A program made the translations under genes and the position numbers. From Caldisericia bacterium (GTDB lineage: Bacteria > Caldisericota > Caldisericia > UBA6126), in contig JAQVSG010000002.1 of NCBI GenBank assembly GCA_028700655.1, forward strand, positions 1 through 55,843: a DNA stretch of 55,843 nucleotides. The letters run 5' to 3'. The first letter of the stretch is position 1; the number at the start of each line of letters is the position of its first letter. Shown in pieces: positions 44,343 through 53,377 of this stretch. The notes under the pieces are model-generated. The model saw only the letters and a list, made by a program, of their open reading frames with translations, was not told the origin of the DNA and did not search any database.

Positions 44343-45401
44343 TTAGTATATTTCTTTAATTTTTTCAACAAATTCATTGGGACTTGGTACATTACCCCCC
44401 ATACGACCATAAAAACGAATAGGTTTTGTACCATTCACAACAAGTTGAACATCTTCTACCATTTGGCCAGCATTTAATTCAAACACATAGAAAGACTCGG
44501 TAGCAGGATTTTTAACAGATTTCAGCAGATGATTTACGGGAAATGGCCAAAGCGTAATGGGTCGTACTAAACCGACTTTGTATCCTTCTTCTCGAAGCAT
44601 TTCTACAGCAGTTTTTGCAATACGTGCTGTTGTTCCATAAGCTACAATACAAATTTTCGCATCATCAGTAGAGTACTCTTCACACAACACTTCATTCTGT
44701 TCAATTTTTCGATAGCGAGCTTGTAATTTTTCATTGTGACGCTCAAGGCCGTCTAAATCTAAATCCAATGAGTTGATTAAGTGTTTTTTCCGATTCATTC
44801 GTCCATCGGCAGCCCATTCTTTGTGAGGAAGCGAAGAGGGATCTATATCAAATTTGAATTCAACAGCCTCCATAATTTGTCCCAAGAGACCGTCGCTGAG
44901 AACCATAACGGGGATACGATACTGATCCGCTAAATCAAAGGCGTTCTTCATTAAATCGGCTTGTTCTTGAAGATTTGTTGGCGCCAAGGTGATCATCTTG
45001 TAATCCCCATGACCTCCACCTTTGGTTGCTTGAAAATAATCCGACTGAGAAGGTCCTATGCCGCCAAGGCCGGGCCCTCCACGCATAACATTAACAATAA
45101 CAACGGGAAGTTCCGATCCTGCACAGTAGGAAATACCTTCCATCATAAGACTGATACCAGGACTCGAAGAACTTGTCATAACACGATATCCAGCAGCGGA
45201 AGCACCGTATAACATGTTAATAGCAGCGACTTCACTTTCGGCTTGAACAAAAGTCCCACCTACTTCTGGCAATCGTTTTGCCATATAGGCTGGAGCTTCA
45301 TTTTGTGGTGTAATTGGATATCCAAAAAAAAGCCTACATCCTGCCTTAATAGCAGCTTCGCCGATAACTTCGGCGCCCTTCATTAAAATTTTGTCACCCA
45401 T
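44343..45401 (-). CDS. korA: 2-oxoacid:ferredoxin oxidoreductase alpha subunit
   Basis: KGAEVIGEAAIKAGCRLFFGYPITPQNE and QAESEVAA. No delta (ferredoxin) subunit gene is present. Confidence 0.9.
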   Translation of the reverse strand: MGDKILMKGAEVIGEAAIKAGCRLFFGYPITPQNEAPAYMAKRLPEVGGTFVQAESEVAAINMLYGASAAGYRVMTSSSSPGISLMMEGISYCAGSELPVVIVNVMRGGPGLGGIGPSQSDYFQATKGGGHGDYKMITLAPTNLQEQADLMKNAFDLADQYRIPVMVLSDGLLGQIMEAVEFKFDIDPSSLPHKEWAADGRMNRKKHLINSLDLDLDGLERHNEKLQARYRKIEQNEVLCEEYSTDDAKICIVAYGTTARIAKTAVEMLREEGYKVGLVRPITLWPFPVNHLLKSVKNPATESFYVFELNAGQMVEDVQLVVNGTKPIRFYGRMGGNVPSPNEFVEKIKEIY

Positions 45402-45431
45402 AACAACTCCTTTACTTATAGAGCTAAGCTT

Positions 45432-45459
45432 ATTATATAAACATATGCAAAAGTCTCAA
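45432..45459 (-). promoter_or_regulatory. sigma70-like promoter of the kor operon (TTGAGA-16 nt-TATAAT)
   Basis: On the minus strand TTGAGA is at 45459-45454 and TATAAT at 45437-45432. An AAGGAG SD precedes korA. Confidence 0.6.
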
Positions 45460-45464
45460 CCACG

Positions 45465-48191
45465 TTAAAAACTTGAGTAAGGAATTCGTTTCTTTACAGA
45501 AGAGCGATTGCCAGCTATATCTTGTGCAGTAAATCGAATAAAACAATGTTCATCATTTATTTGTATCGTATGATCAAATGTTCCATCATGGTTGACAGAC
45601 AACATTGAACCATCGTCATAATCAAGTTCATAGTATAAGAAAAGACCGAATGAAGCATTTTCATCAGAAATACTTCCCTGTATATGGAGAGTATCTTCTC
45701 CTATCCATGTATGGTTGAGTTTCAAATGGGGGGGCGTAACATCAATCAGTGTTTTTGATTCCTTACCAAAGGTCCAGTTATTCACTTTTTTGTAATCTTT
45801 TCCGTTTGGCAAAACATATGCTTTTATTGTATACATACCTTCTTCTAAAGGTTTTCCGTTGTGGAGGCCAACAAAAAGAATAGAATAATAGCCAGCACCC
45901 AAGGAGCCTCTATGATAATAAAGATTTTGAACAAATACATTGTTTGGATCAAACAAATCAATCTCAATCCCTTCAATGTTATATGGACTTAGACAAACAA
46001 AATTGGTTTGATCACCATCTCCATCAAAGTTAGGTGATACCGCAAGTGTAGGGAACATGTAAGAAGTAAGAATGGGTTCCATGGGGGGATACAAACCATG
46101 ATAAAAAATAGTCGGTACTTGAAAAGAATTCCCTTTTGCAAGAACTCCCTCAAGCCAAAACTCTCCAAAACCGGGCACTGTATTGTCTGTAACTTCAAGG
46201 GTAATTTGTACCGATGTTGTTTCGTTGGGTTGAATCGTAAAACGGTATGGAGAAACGACTACTGTAGCATTTTGATGAGTGGGAGAATGACACTGTAGCT
46301 CAATTGTTTGAGCGTCCTCTCCTTTATTTGTAATATGAATCCATTGAGATTGGTTTTTTTCTATACAACCAAAAGATATTGTAGAAGGCGAAACAACAAG
46401 GTTTGCAGAAAAGGATTTCCGCAAATTCATGGTTCCGCTACCTTGTAAATAAATGGAGTATCTTTCTTGTCTGAGGGGATCGTATAACGGCTCCGCATAA
46501 TTCACCAGAATGGATTTAATCTCATCAATGGACCATTCTGGATGCAACTGTTTAAGGAGAGCAACTCCACCAGCAACATGCGGACTTGACATACTGGTTC
46601 CACTCATAATTCCATACTGGTGGTTCGTCAAACAGGATGATATACGATATCCTGGAGCAGTAATCTCGGGTTTAAGAGCAAAATCGGGAGTGGGTCCCTG
46701 CGAAGAAAAAGAAGTCATTGTTACAGCTTCTACTTGGTATCCATAATGAATAAGAAAAGGTTCCTCGCAAGAATTGATAATAGATCTAAGGTAGGTACCA
46801 GTTTCTACGGATACACACATCATGGATATAGTATTATAGTCAGAGGGAAGAGGGGTGGAGTGAATAGTATCTTGGGAGTTAACACAAAGCAAAGAGTGAA
46901 TGCCAGAATTTTCAGCGTATTGATACAAGGTTTGTAGGGAAAGATCGGATGGAAAAACCATAACTGCTTTACCCTTTAATTCATCGTTATGAAAGGTTGT
47001 ATTCGTAATTGTATCTGTCCATAGTACCATTGGTATTGGTTGTGAAGAAGCTTTTGGGGTTGGTTTAACAATGTTTCCAATGGCAAAATGAGTAGAAGTT
47101 TTTTCGGTGGAGAAATAAAATCCATCCTTCAGGGTTGCATCAGAAGCGGCCACAGAAATCGATCGAAGGCTGCTGCCAGGAGCATGAATAGGAAAAGGAT
47201 TTAATGTGCTATTTCTCAATCCAGAGTTACCTGCAGAAGCAACCACTATAATACCTGCTTCTGCTAAACGGTCGCATGCAATGGAAAGAGGGTCATTAGA
47301 CCACCCAAAGTTTTTTCCCAAACTCAAATTGATTACATCACATCCGTCGATAATTGATTGTTCTAAAGCCATTAACAGAGCGGCTTCACCTGTAGAAGAC
47401 TGTTTGTTTGAAAAAACTTTATACACAGATAAAGAAGCTGCAGGAGCCACTCCAGAATACTTATTCTCCCCCACAGCTATGCCTGCTTCTCCGTTGCCTG
47501 CAGCTATACCTGCAACGTGAGTCCCATGATTACTCATTCCAATCGTATATGGAAGAGGATTCATCTCAGAAAAATCATATCCAGTTCTGACTTTATACCA
47601 TTTTTTGTCCCAAGTTTTTCCTAAGCCACCACCCAACTCACCATGTCTATAATCTACACCCGTATCAATGATCCCAATAAGCATCCCTTGGCCTTTGTTA
47701 AAAAGTCCTGCTGGTGTTAGACTTTCCCAACAGTAAGGAGCTTCGGTTTGAGGAACAGATACATCTCTTTGTAAGTAGTATTCTTGTGCCAGGTACATCG
47801 TTTTCACATAGGGTGAACTCTCTATGGCAGGAAGTTGGTCTTCCGAAACATACAAAGAAAATCCGTTAAAAACATGATAATATTCATGATTGATGTCAAA
47901 TTGAGATTCTATAGAGTTAAAACAATCCTGAAGGAACAAAGAGTGTTGCAATTTAACGATAGATTGGTAATTTAAATACCCTTCTGAGGAAGTAGATTGT
48001 CTTCGAAGTGCTAGCGGTTCCCCTATTAACTCAACAATATAGGAATGGATAGTGGGGGACAATTCTGTATGGTATTGCTGAGCATCTGCATTGAGTGAAG
48101 AAACAAAGAACAAACAAAGGGAAAGGAAAAAGATGAGTGTAACACATGGAATACTTCTTTTTTGAAACTGCTTCATCTTACGGTTCCTCAC
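45465..48191 (-). CDS. secreted S8 (subtilisin-like) serine peptidase with PA-domain insert and C-terminal Ig-like domains
   Basis: Signal peptide, then the catalytic triad motifs GIIDTGVD, HGTHVAG and GTSMSSPHVAG. 908 aa. Confidence 0.9.
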   Translation of the reverse strand: MRNRKMKQFQKRSIPCVTLIFFLSLCLFFVSSLNADAQQYHTELSPTIHSYIVELIGEPLALRRQSTSSEGYLNYQSIVKLQHSLFLQDCFNSIESQFDINHEYYHVFNGFSLYVSEDQLPAIESSPYVKTMYLAQEYYLQRDVSVPQTEAPYCWESLTPAGLFNKGQGMLIGIIDTGVDYRHGELGGGLGKTWDKKWYKVRTGYDFSEMNPLPYTIGMSNHGTHVAGIAAGNGEAGIAVGENKYSGVAPAASLSVYKVFSNKQSSTGEAALLMALEQSIIDGCDVINLSLGKNFGWSNDPLSIACDRLAEAGIIVVASAGNSGLRNSTLNPFPIHAPGSSLRSISVAASDATLKDGFYFSTEKTSTHFAIGNIVKPTPKASSQPIPMVLWTDTITNTTFHNDELKGKAVMVFPSDLSLQTLYQYAENSGIHSLLCVNSQDTIHSTPLPSDYNTISMMCVSVETGTYLRSIINSCEEPFLIHYGYQVEAVTMTSFSSQGPTPDFALKPEITAPGYRISSCLTNHQYGIMSGTSMSSPHVAGGVALLKQLHPEWSIDEIKSILVNYAEPLYDPLRQERYSIYLQGSGTMNLRKSFSANLVVSPSTISFGCIEKNQSQWIHITNKGEDAQTIELQCHSPTHQNATVVVSPYRFTIQPNETTSVQITLEVTDNTVPGFGEFWLEGVLAKGNSFQVPTIFYHGLYPPMEPILTSYMFPTLAVSPNFDGDGDQTNFVCLSPYNIEGIEIDLFDPNNVFVQNLYYHRGSLGAGYYSILFVGLHNGKPLEEGMYTIKAYVLPNGKDYKKVNNWTFGKESKTLIDVTPPHLKLNHTWIGEDTLHIQGSISDENASFGLFLYYELDYDDGSMLSVNHDGTFDHTIQINDEHCFIRFTAQDIAGNRSSVKKRIPYSSF

Positions 48192-48259
48192 TTTTTGTGA
48201 TATGATGTTTCTATTGTAGCATTTTTCTGTGAACTATCATTAGGAGTCGATACTTACTC

Positions 48260-49192
48260 ATGAAACTTATTGTTACATCGGATCTGCATATAGAAAAGGA
48301 TAACGATAGGTCCTGCCATCAGTTGCCCAGTATTCTATCTCGGTATATCCAATCGAATCCTTCTGAGGATTATGTTTTTGCGATTGTTGGAGATGTCTCT
48401 CCTAACAATAAAAAACTAGAGCACTATTTTCGTCTCTTCGCCTCGGTTTCCATACCAAAGCTTTTTGTTCCAGGTAATCATGACATCTGGTCACAAAAAA
48501 GAAATGACGATCCATCGACTAAAAATGTAGATTCATTGGAACTCTATCAAACCGTCCTTCCTTCAATTTGCGAAAACACAGGCTTTCACTATTTAGATAA
48601 AAAGCCTTTTGTAGTAAACCGAATAGGGTTTATTGGAAACATTGGCTGGTACGATTATTCATTTCATTCTTCATCAGAACCCATGGTATCCAATAAACTT
48701 ACGTTTATTCGTCGGGATACAAACCAGGAATTTTCTTGGTCAGAAATTAGTTATTCAGACTTAACAAGCAAAGAGCTTTGGACTATGGATGTACACCAAG
48801 TACCTACTCGTATTAGTGTGTGGAACGATCTATATTATATCAAGTGGCCTCTTCATATGGATGATATACACTTTTGCAATACGTGTTATGAAACCATTAA
48901 TCAACATTTCCTAGATACCTTTGATCACATTGATCATCTTGTTTTTATGAGCCACCATGCATTGTTTGAAAAGTGTATTGTTCGATATCCTTCTTATCAG
49001 GACGAATTTAATAATGCGTTTCGTGGTTGTAAATTTCTAGGAGATTATATTATATCCCATCCAAAACTACGCAAAGTAATCTTTGGGCATACTCATGAAG
49101 CAGGTATTTATCCATTAGGGGGCGATATTGAAGCAATCAATCCGTATTATACCCCAGAAATCCCTTTTCGAGTTATTTCTTTGCCTTATTAA
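48260..49192 (+). CDS. metallophosphoesterase family protein
   Basis: SDLHIE, VGDVS, PGNHD and GHTHE motifs. Confidence 0.8.
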   Translation: MKLIVTSDLHIEKDNDRSCHQLPSILSRYIQSNPSEDYVFAIVGDVSPNNKKLEHYFRLFASVSIPKLFVPGNHDIWSQKRNDDPSTKNVDSLELYQTVLPSICENTGFHYLDKKPFVVNRIGFIGNIGWYDYSFHSSSEPMVSNKLTFIRRDTNQEFSWSEISYSDLTSKELWTMDVHQVPTRISVWNDLYYIKWPLHMDDIHFCNTCYETINQHFLDTFDHIDHLVFMSHHALFEKCIVRYPSYQDEFNNAFRGCKFLGDYIISHPKLRKVIFGHTHEAGIYPLGGDIEAINPYYTPEIPFRVISLPY

Positions 49193-49640
49193 AATCTTCT
49201 ATAACTTGATCAACAGCTTTTTTAATGTCACTACTATCGGCTTTATCTTTTAAAACGGATACAGCTTCTTTCATCATCATACCAAAGGAAATTGCTTTGT
49301 CTTCTATATTTTCAAAAAGGGTTTGAACAGCCCCATATACTTCCTCAAATGACATAGTTTTAGGAAGATACTCTTGGATGATGCTCATTTCATTTTCTTC
49401 TTTTTGAGCTGAATCAACGCGGTTTGCATGAATGTATTGAGCGATGGACTCTTTGTGCTTTTTGAGTTCCATTTTTAAAATATCAATCACATCCTGGTCA
49501 GACAAATCCTTGTTGGCAGTTTTAAGTTCTACTTCTTTATACTGAATAGCGCTTTTGATCATTTTTAGCGTCTCTGCTTTGAGTGTGTCCTTTGCTTTGT
49601 AAGCCTTCATAAAATCATCTTTTATACGATCTTTTAACAT
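49173..49640 (-). CDS. GatB/YqeY domain-containing protein
   Basis: LKDRIKDDFMKAYKAKD...IQEYLP is typical of YqeY. 155 aa. Confidence 0.85.
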   Translation of the reverse strand: MLKDRIKDDFMKAYKAKDTLKAETLKMIKSAIQYKEVELKTANKDLSDQDVIDILKMELKKHKESIAQYIHANRVDSAQKEENEMSIIQEYLPKTMSFEEVYGAVQTLFENIEDKAISFGMMMKEAVSVLKDKADSSDIKKAVDQVIEDFNKAKK

Positions 49641-49673
49641 GCTATTCTCCCAGTTTAATAAACTTTTGCGTTT

Positions 49674-50603
49674 TTATAGTTCTTTTAAATGTAAATCAAG
49701 CCAGTCTCTGAGCAATTGAATTTGTTCTTCATCGGCAACAAGACTATGGTATACGATTTCATGGGATGGACTGATAACATAGAAATTGGGTACTCCTGCC
49801 ACACGGTAGCGATCGTACACGTTGTTATTGATATCTTGAACGACAGTATATTGGACTCCGTATTTCTCTAGTTTTTCATCTCGGTCATTTTCTTGTCCAG
49901 CAGTATCAGTATTAACACCAACAACAGATATATTTTGTTCTTTGTAGTCATCAGATAATTTGACAAGCATAGGGAGAGCTTTTAAGCAAAAAGGGCACCG
50001 AGTCGCGTAAAAATTCAAGATAATAAATTCATTTTTGGGTTTTTCCAATTCTTTGTAAAGATCAAAAGTGTACCCGTGTGTATCTTTCAAAACAAAATTA
50101 GGAGCTTCAATATAGATACGTTCTCGAAGTGTGGAAAAAGTAACAGAATTGGGATCTTGTAAATCGTGAATAGAGATATCAAATAAATTTTCAATAGTGG
50201 ATGCATCGGCATATATTCGATCGTGCTGCAATGTGATATGGGGTAAAGGGTAGGACGAAGAAAGAATATGAAAGGAATCTTCATTGTTGATTTTGATAGA
50301 GAACTGATTCCATTGTGAAGAAAAAGAAGCAATCGATCGTGCAGAATCCCACTGAACATCATAGCGAAGTGAGTTTGCTAGAAAACGAAGAGGAATCATA
50401 TACAAATCCGCATCTTCATCAACATAGACTTTTACCGGCATCTCGATGGGATGACCTTGTATTTTGAAAACATATTTATTTTTGTAAAAAGTAAGATCGC
50501 ATAAAAAATTTTTTGTCGTTGTTTTAGAAAAAACTGGCAAAATACTAGAAATAACAAAAAAAGCGACAGCCAAAGAAATCCATTTAGTTTTCATTCGTAT
50601 CAT
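49674..50603 (-). CDS. membrane-anchored TlpA/ResA-like thiol-disulfide oxidoreductase with copper-amine-oxidase-N-like stalk domain
   Basis: N-terminal anchor, a stalk-like segment (MIPLRFLANSLRYDVQWD), then a thioredoxin fold with the active site FYATRCPFCLKALP. Confidence 0.75.
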   Translation of the reverse strand: MIRMKTKWISLAVAFFVISSILPVFSKTTTKNFLCDLTFYKNKYVFKIQGHPIEMPVKVYVDEDADLYMIPLRFLANSLRYDVQWDSARSIASFSSQWNQFSIKINNEDSFHILSSSYPLPHITLQHDRIYADASTIENLFDISIHDLQDPNSVTFSTLRERIYIEAPNFVLKDTHGYTFDLYKELEKPKNEFIILNFYATRCPFCLKALPMLVKLSDDYKEQNISVVGVNTDTAGQENDRDEKLEKYGVQYTVVQDINNNVYDRYRVAGVPNFYVISPSHEIVYHSLVADEEQIQLLRDWLDLHLKEL

Positions 50604-51249
50604 CCTTCATATCATCTTGTTTGGGTATATCTTTAGAAATAGGGCTATCTATAATATCGTGGTTCTTAGGATTGGTTTCATTTATTTGAGGTTGATTTCT
50701 TTTACGATCCCTTTGCATTTGTTTTTCAAAGTAGATTTCAGCATTTGGTTTGTTGCAAAGATCGCAACCAACACAGCTGAACTTTCCAAATTTTTGCCGC
50801 AAAGCTCCTACAATAGAACCTAAAATAACAATGGGGAAAAAGTATTTAAGATACAAAAGCCACTCGTTTGTATTGGTAGCAAAGATGAAGGTAAAGAGAA
50901 GCAGAGCTAAAAATGCAACAATCGTCCCGATAAGTGTCAACCAAAAAGCATTTAATTTTGTTCGAAATCCGGCAACAATAAGAACATAAACAATACTGAT
51001 GGGCAATGAAACATAATTTATGAAACAAGGAATAATGAGGGAATACAGAAAAGTGCTTAAAATGGCAACCCAAAGAAGTTTCTTCATGTCGAAATGAAAA
51101 CGGCTCATAATAAAAGAAACGAATACAATGGGGCGCAAAACGCAACCTATGACAGGTACTGTTGTTTCAATAAAGGGAGCGGTTACTAAATAAAAAATAG
51201 CTCCAACAGCACTAACAACACCTACTAGCGTGATATCTTTAGTTTCCAT
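50584..51249 (-). CDS. six-TM membrane protein with intramembrane cysteines and a cytoplasmic CxxCxxC tail, function unknown
   Basis: There are six hydrophobic helices, with Cys in VIGCVLRP (TM2) and IIPCFINY (TM3). The tail reads FSCVGCDLCNK and is followed by a charged low-complexity end. The gene overlaps both neighbours. Confidence 0.55.
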   Translation of the reverse strand: METKDITLVGVVSAVGAIFYLVTAPFIETTVPVIGCVLRPIVFVSFIMSRFHFDMKKLLWVAILSTFLYSLIIPCFINYVSLPISIVYVLIVAGFRTKLNAFWLTLIGTIVAFLALLLFTFIFATNTNEWLLYLKYFFPIVILGSIVGALRQKFGKFSCVGCDLCNKPNAEIYFEKQMQRDRKRNQPQINETNPKNHDIIDSPISKDIPKQDDMKDDTNEN

Positions 51250-51934
51250 CGATGGTGTCCAATTCTCCTGGATACTGTTCGACAGATTGAATCAACCTAT
51301 AGACACGATGGAAATTTAACTGTATGAGTGCTTCACCAGCAATTTTTGTTTCTAGGTAATTATCACCAACAATAACAATTTCATGCCATCGATTCATTGG
51401 ATATAGATAGGGGACAACATCGGTTAAGGGTACGGTAACGGAAGTAGGTATATGTCCTTCTTTCCATTGCATAGTAGATCGAACGTCAATAATAAATAAG
51501 TTTTCATATTTTTCTTGCAATACTTGCAAGGACTCATAGGTAATACTTACAGGATAAAAATATTGTTCTTTTTCAAGGTCTTCACAAGATCCATCCAGGG
51601 CACATTCTGAACAATCCATAACCCAGTCTTGTCGGGAATGGATGTAGGAAACCAGATTGGATGTAAATTTGGCGGATGAAAGATAGTTCATGATAGAAAA
51701 AGAGGATGTTTTCAACCAAGAAGCACTATAGTCAGGGTTTAAAACAGAAGACTCATACGCTTTAAGCAAGTTATCTTGTACATGATGCTCATCCATGATA
51801 ACATTTGTAGTATTTTTGTATATTGTATATTGGGTGAGATTTTTTCTATAGATAAAAAATACAAACGTTAAAAACAAGAGAATAGAGAATATATGAACAA
51901 AATTAGAAATTTTTTTTGAAGTTGTTTTTTCCAT
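51239..51934 (-). CDS. membrane-anchored rhodanese-homology domain protein (catalytic Cys replaced)
   Basis: N-terminal TM helix, then a rhodanese fold (IIDVRSTMQWKEGHIPTSV). The active-site loop reads IVIVGDNYLETK, without Cys. An upstream CSECALDGSC motif is present. Confidence 0.7.
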   Translation of the reverse strand: MEKTTSKKISNFVHIFSILLFLTFVFFIYRKNLTQYTIYKNTTNVIMDEHHVQDNLLKAYESSVLNPDYSASWLKTSSFSIMNYLSSAKFTSNLVSYIHSRQDWVMDCSECALDGSCEDLEKEQYFYPVSITYESLQVLQEKYENLFIIDVRSTMQWKEGHIPTSVTVPLTDVVPYLYPMNRWHEIVIVGDNYLETKIAGEALIQLNFHRVYRLIQSVEQYPGELDTIDGN

Positions 51935-51942
51935 TTTTATGT

Positions 51943-51974
51943 AAAAGAGCCTCCATTTTTATGGAGGCTCTTTT
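51943..51974 (-). terminator. hairpin terminator between the NHL-repeat gene and the rhodanese-like gene
   Basis: AAAAGAGCCTCCAT-TTTT-ATGGAGGCTCTTTT is a 14-bp perfect stem flanked by A- and T-runs, so it looks bidirectional. Confidence 0.7.
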
Positions 51975-51982
51975 TGTTGATT

Positions 51983-53368
51983 CTATTTCGGATAATAAAC
52001 AGTTACGGCAGATGCACTGTAACGTAAATCTTTTGGATTCCAACCAACATAACAATCTAAGGCTTCGGCAACAAAACGAATAGGAACAAATGTTCTTCCT
52101 CTCTGAATTACAGGAGGTACACCATCAGGAATTTGGTATGGTTTTCCATTAACTTTTCCATTAATCTTTCCAATCCAAATTTCAACGGTATTGCTACCAA
52201 GTTTAACTGTAACTTTTTGTTCGCTACCATTCCATCCTACATCCGCACCCAATCCTTCAGATATGGCGCGAAGGGGAACTAAGGTACGACCATTTTCTAT
52301 ATAAGGAGGAGCATCCAGTCTGGTAATTTCATCGTTGACCATCATGATGTATTTCTTAATATATACACGGACAATCTTACGAGTAATGTTGGGAGGATTG
52401 ATTGCATTGTTGATAACAAGCATTTGTTTACCCGATTGATCGTATTTGAATACTTTGTTTTGTGCGATATCGGTAACCCATAAAAAATTCTCGGTATCAA
52501 TGGTAAGAGCTGACGGCGTTGTTATACCGGGTAAATTAACGGATTTGACGAACTTATGGTCAGGAGAATACACATGAATTTTCTTAGCTCCACGATCTAA
52601 AATATAGATCTTGTTTCCTTGAGAAGCAAGAAAATCAACACCCACATCGCATATATCAACAAAAGATCCCTTAATCTCATTTACAAAGCGACCCTTAAGA
52701 TCATAAATAGCAATGCGTTTGTTGCCTGTATCAGCAACAAGAAGGTTCGTATCTTTGGCATAACACATTCCTTCAGGGTTTTTAAGTTTTTCTCGATCCG
52801 ATCCTGTGTTTCCAAAATCTCGTACAAAAGAACCATCTCTAGGGTCTTTTATACCACCTGGGGGTGGAGTCCAATGAGATACTTTACTTTGCTTTCGGTC
52901 AAGAAGTGCTTGAGACTTGATTTCGTCAATCTCGGTCATGGCGACATCCCACATTTCTGTAAGCTTACCAGGGCCTGTTCCCAATTCACCATTTTTGTGG
53001 TGAGTATGACCATTCAATTCATAAATAAAGGAGTGGCCGGTTAAGGCATCAGCAAGACCGATAACATCAGTGAGTCGGCAAGTAACAATATCAACACATT
53101 TCTTCAAAACCCATTTTTCACCAGAAGAGTGTGTAGATACGGTTGGAATAATAACAGATAAATACGTTCCTTCGGTAGCATATTTTAATACACGATTTTG
53201 AATAGGATCAGAAACATAAACGTAGTAACCAAAAGAATTGGTGTAGATTCCAATTTTTTCTGGAGAAGCACCTGTGGTGGACTTTATAGTCCCAGGAATA
53301 AACTGGATACTAGTTAAAATTAACGCAATAACAAAAAATGATAGAACTTTCTTTACATTCATAATCAC
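51983..53368 (-). CDS. secreted NHL-repeat (beta-propeller) protein with C-terminal copper-amine-oxidase-N-like stalk domains
   Basis: Signal peptide, then NHL-like repeats (VADTGNKRIAIYD, IYILDRGAKKIHVY, LWVTDIAQNKVFKY). C-terminal motifs are GRTLVPLRAISEGLGADVGW and GRTFVPIRFVAEALDCYVGW. Confidence 0.75.
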   Translation of the reverse strand: MIMNVKKVLSFFVIALILTSIQFIPGTIKSTTGASPEKIGIYTNSFGYYVYVSDPIQNRVLKYATEGTYLSVIIPTVSTHSSGEKWVLKKCVDIVTCRLTDVIGLADALTGHSFIYELNGHTHHKNGELGTGPGKLTEMWDVAMTEIDEIKSQALLDRKQSKVSHWTPPPGGIKDPRDGSFVRDFGNTGSDREKLKNPEGMCYAKDTNLLVADTGNKRIAIYDLKGRFVNEIKGSFVDICDVGVDFLASQGNKIYILDRGAKKIHVYSPDHKFVKSVNLPGITTPSALTIDTENFLWVTDIAQNKVFKYDQSGKQMLVINNAINPPNITRKIVRVYIKKYIMMVNDEITRLDAPPYIENGRTLVPLRAISEGLGADVGWNGSEQKVTVKLGSNTVEIWIGKINGKVNGKPYQIPDGVPPVIQRGRTFVPIRFVAEALDCYVGWNPKDLRYSASAVTVYYPK

Positions 53369-53377
53369 ACTCCTAGG

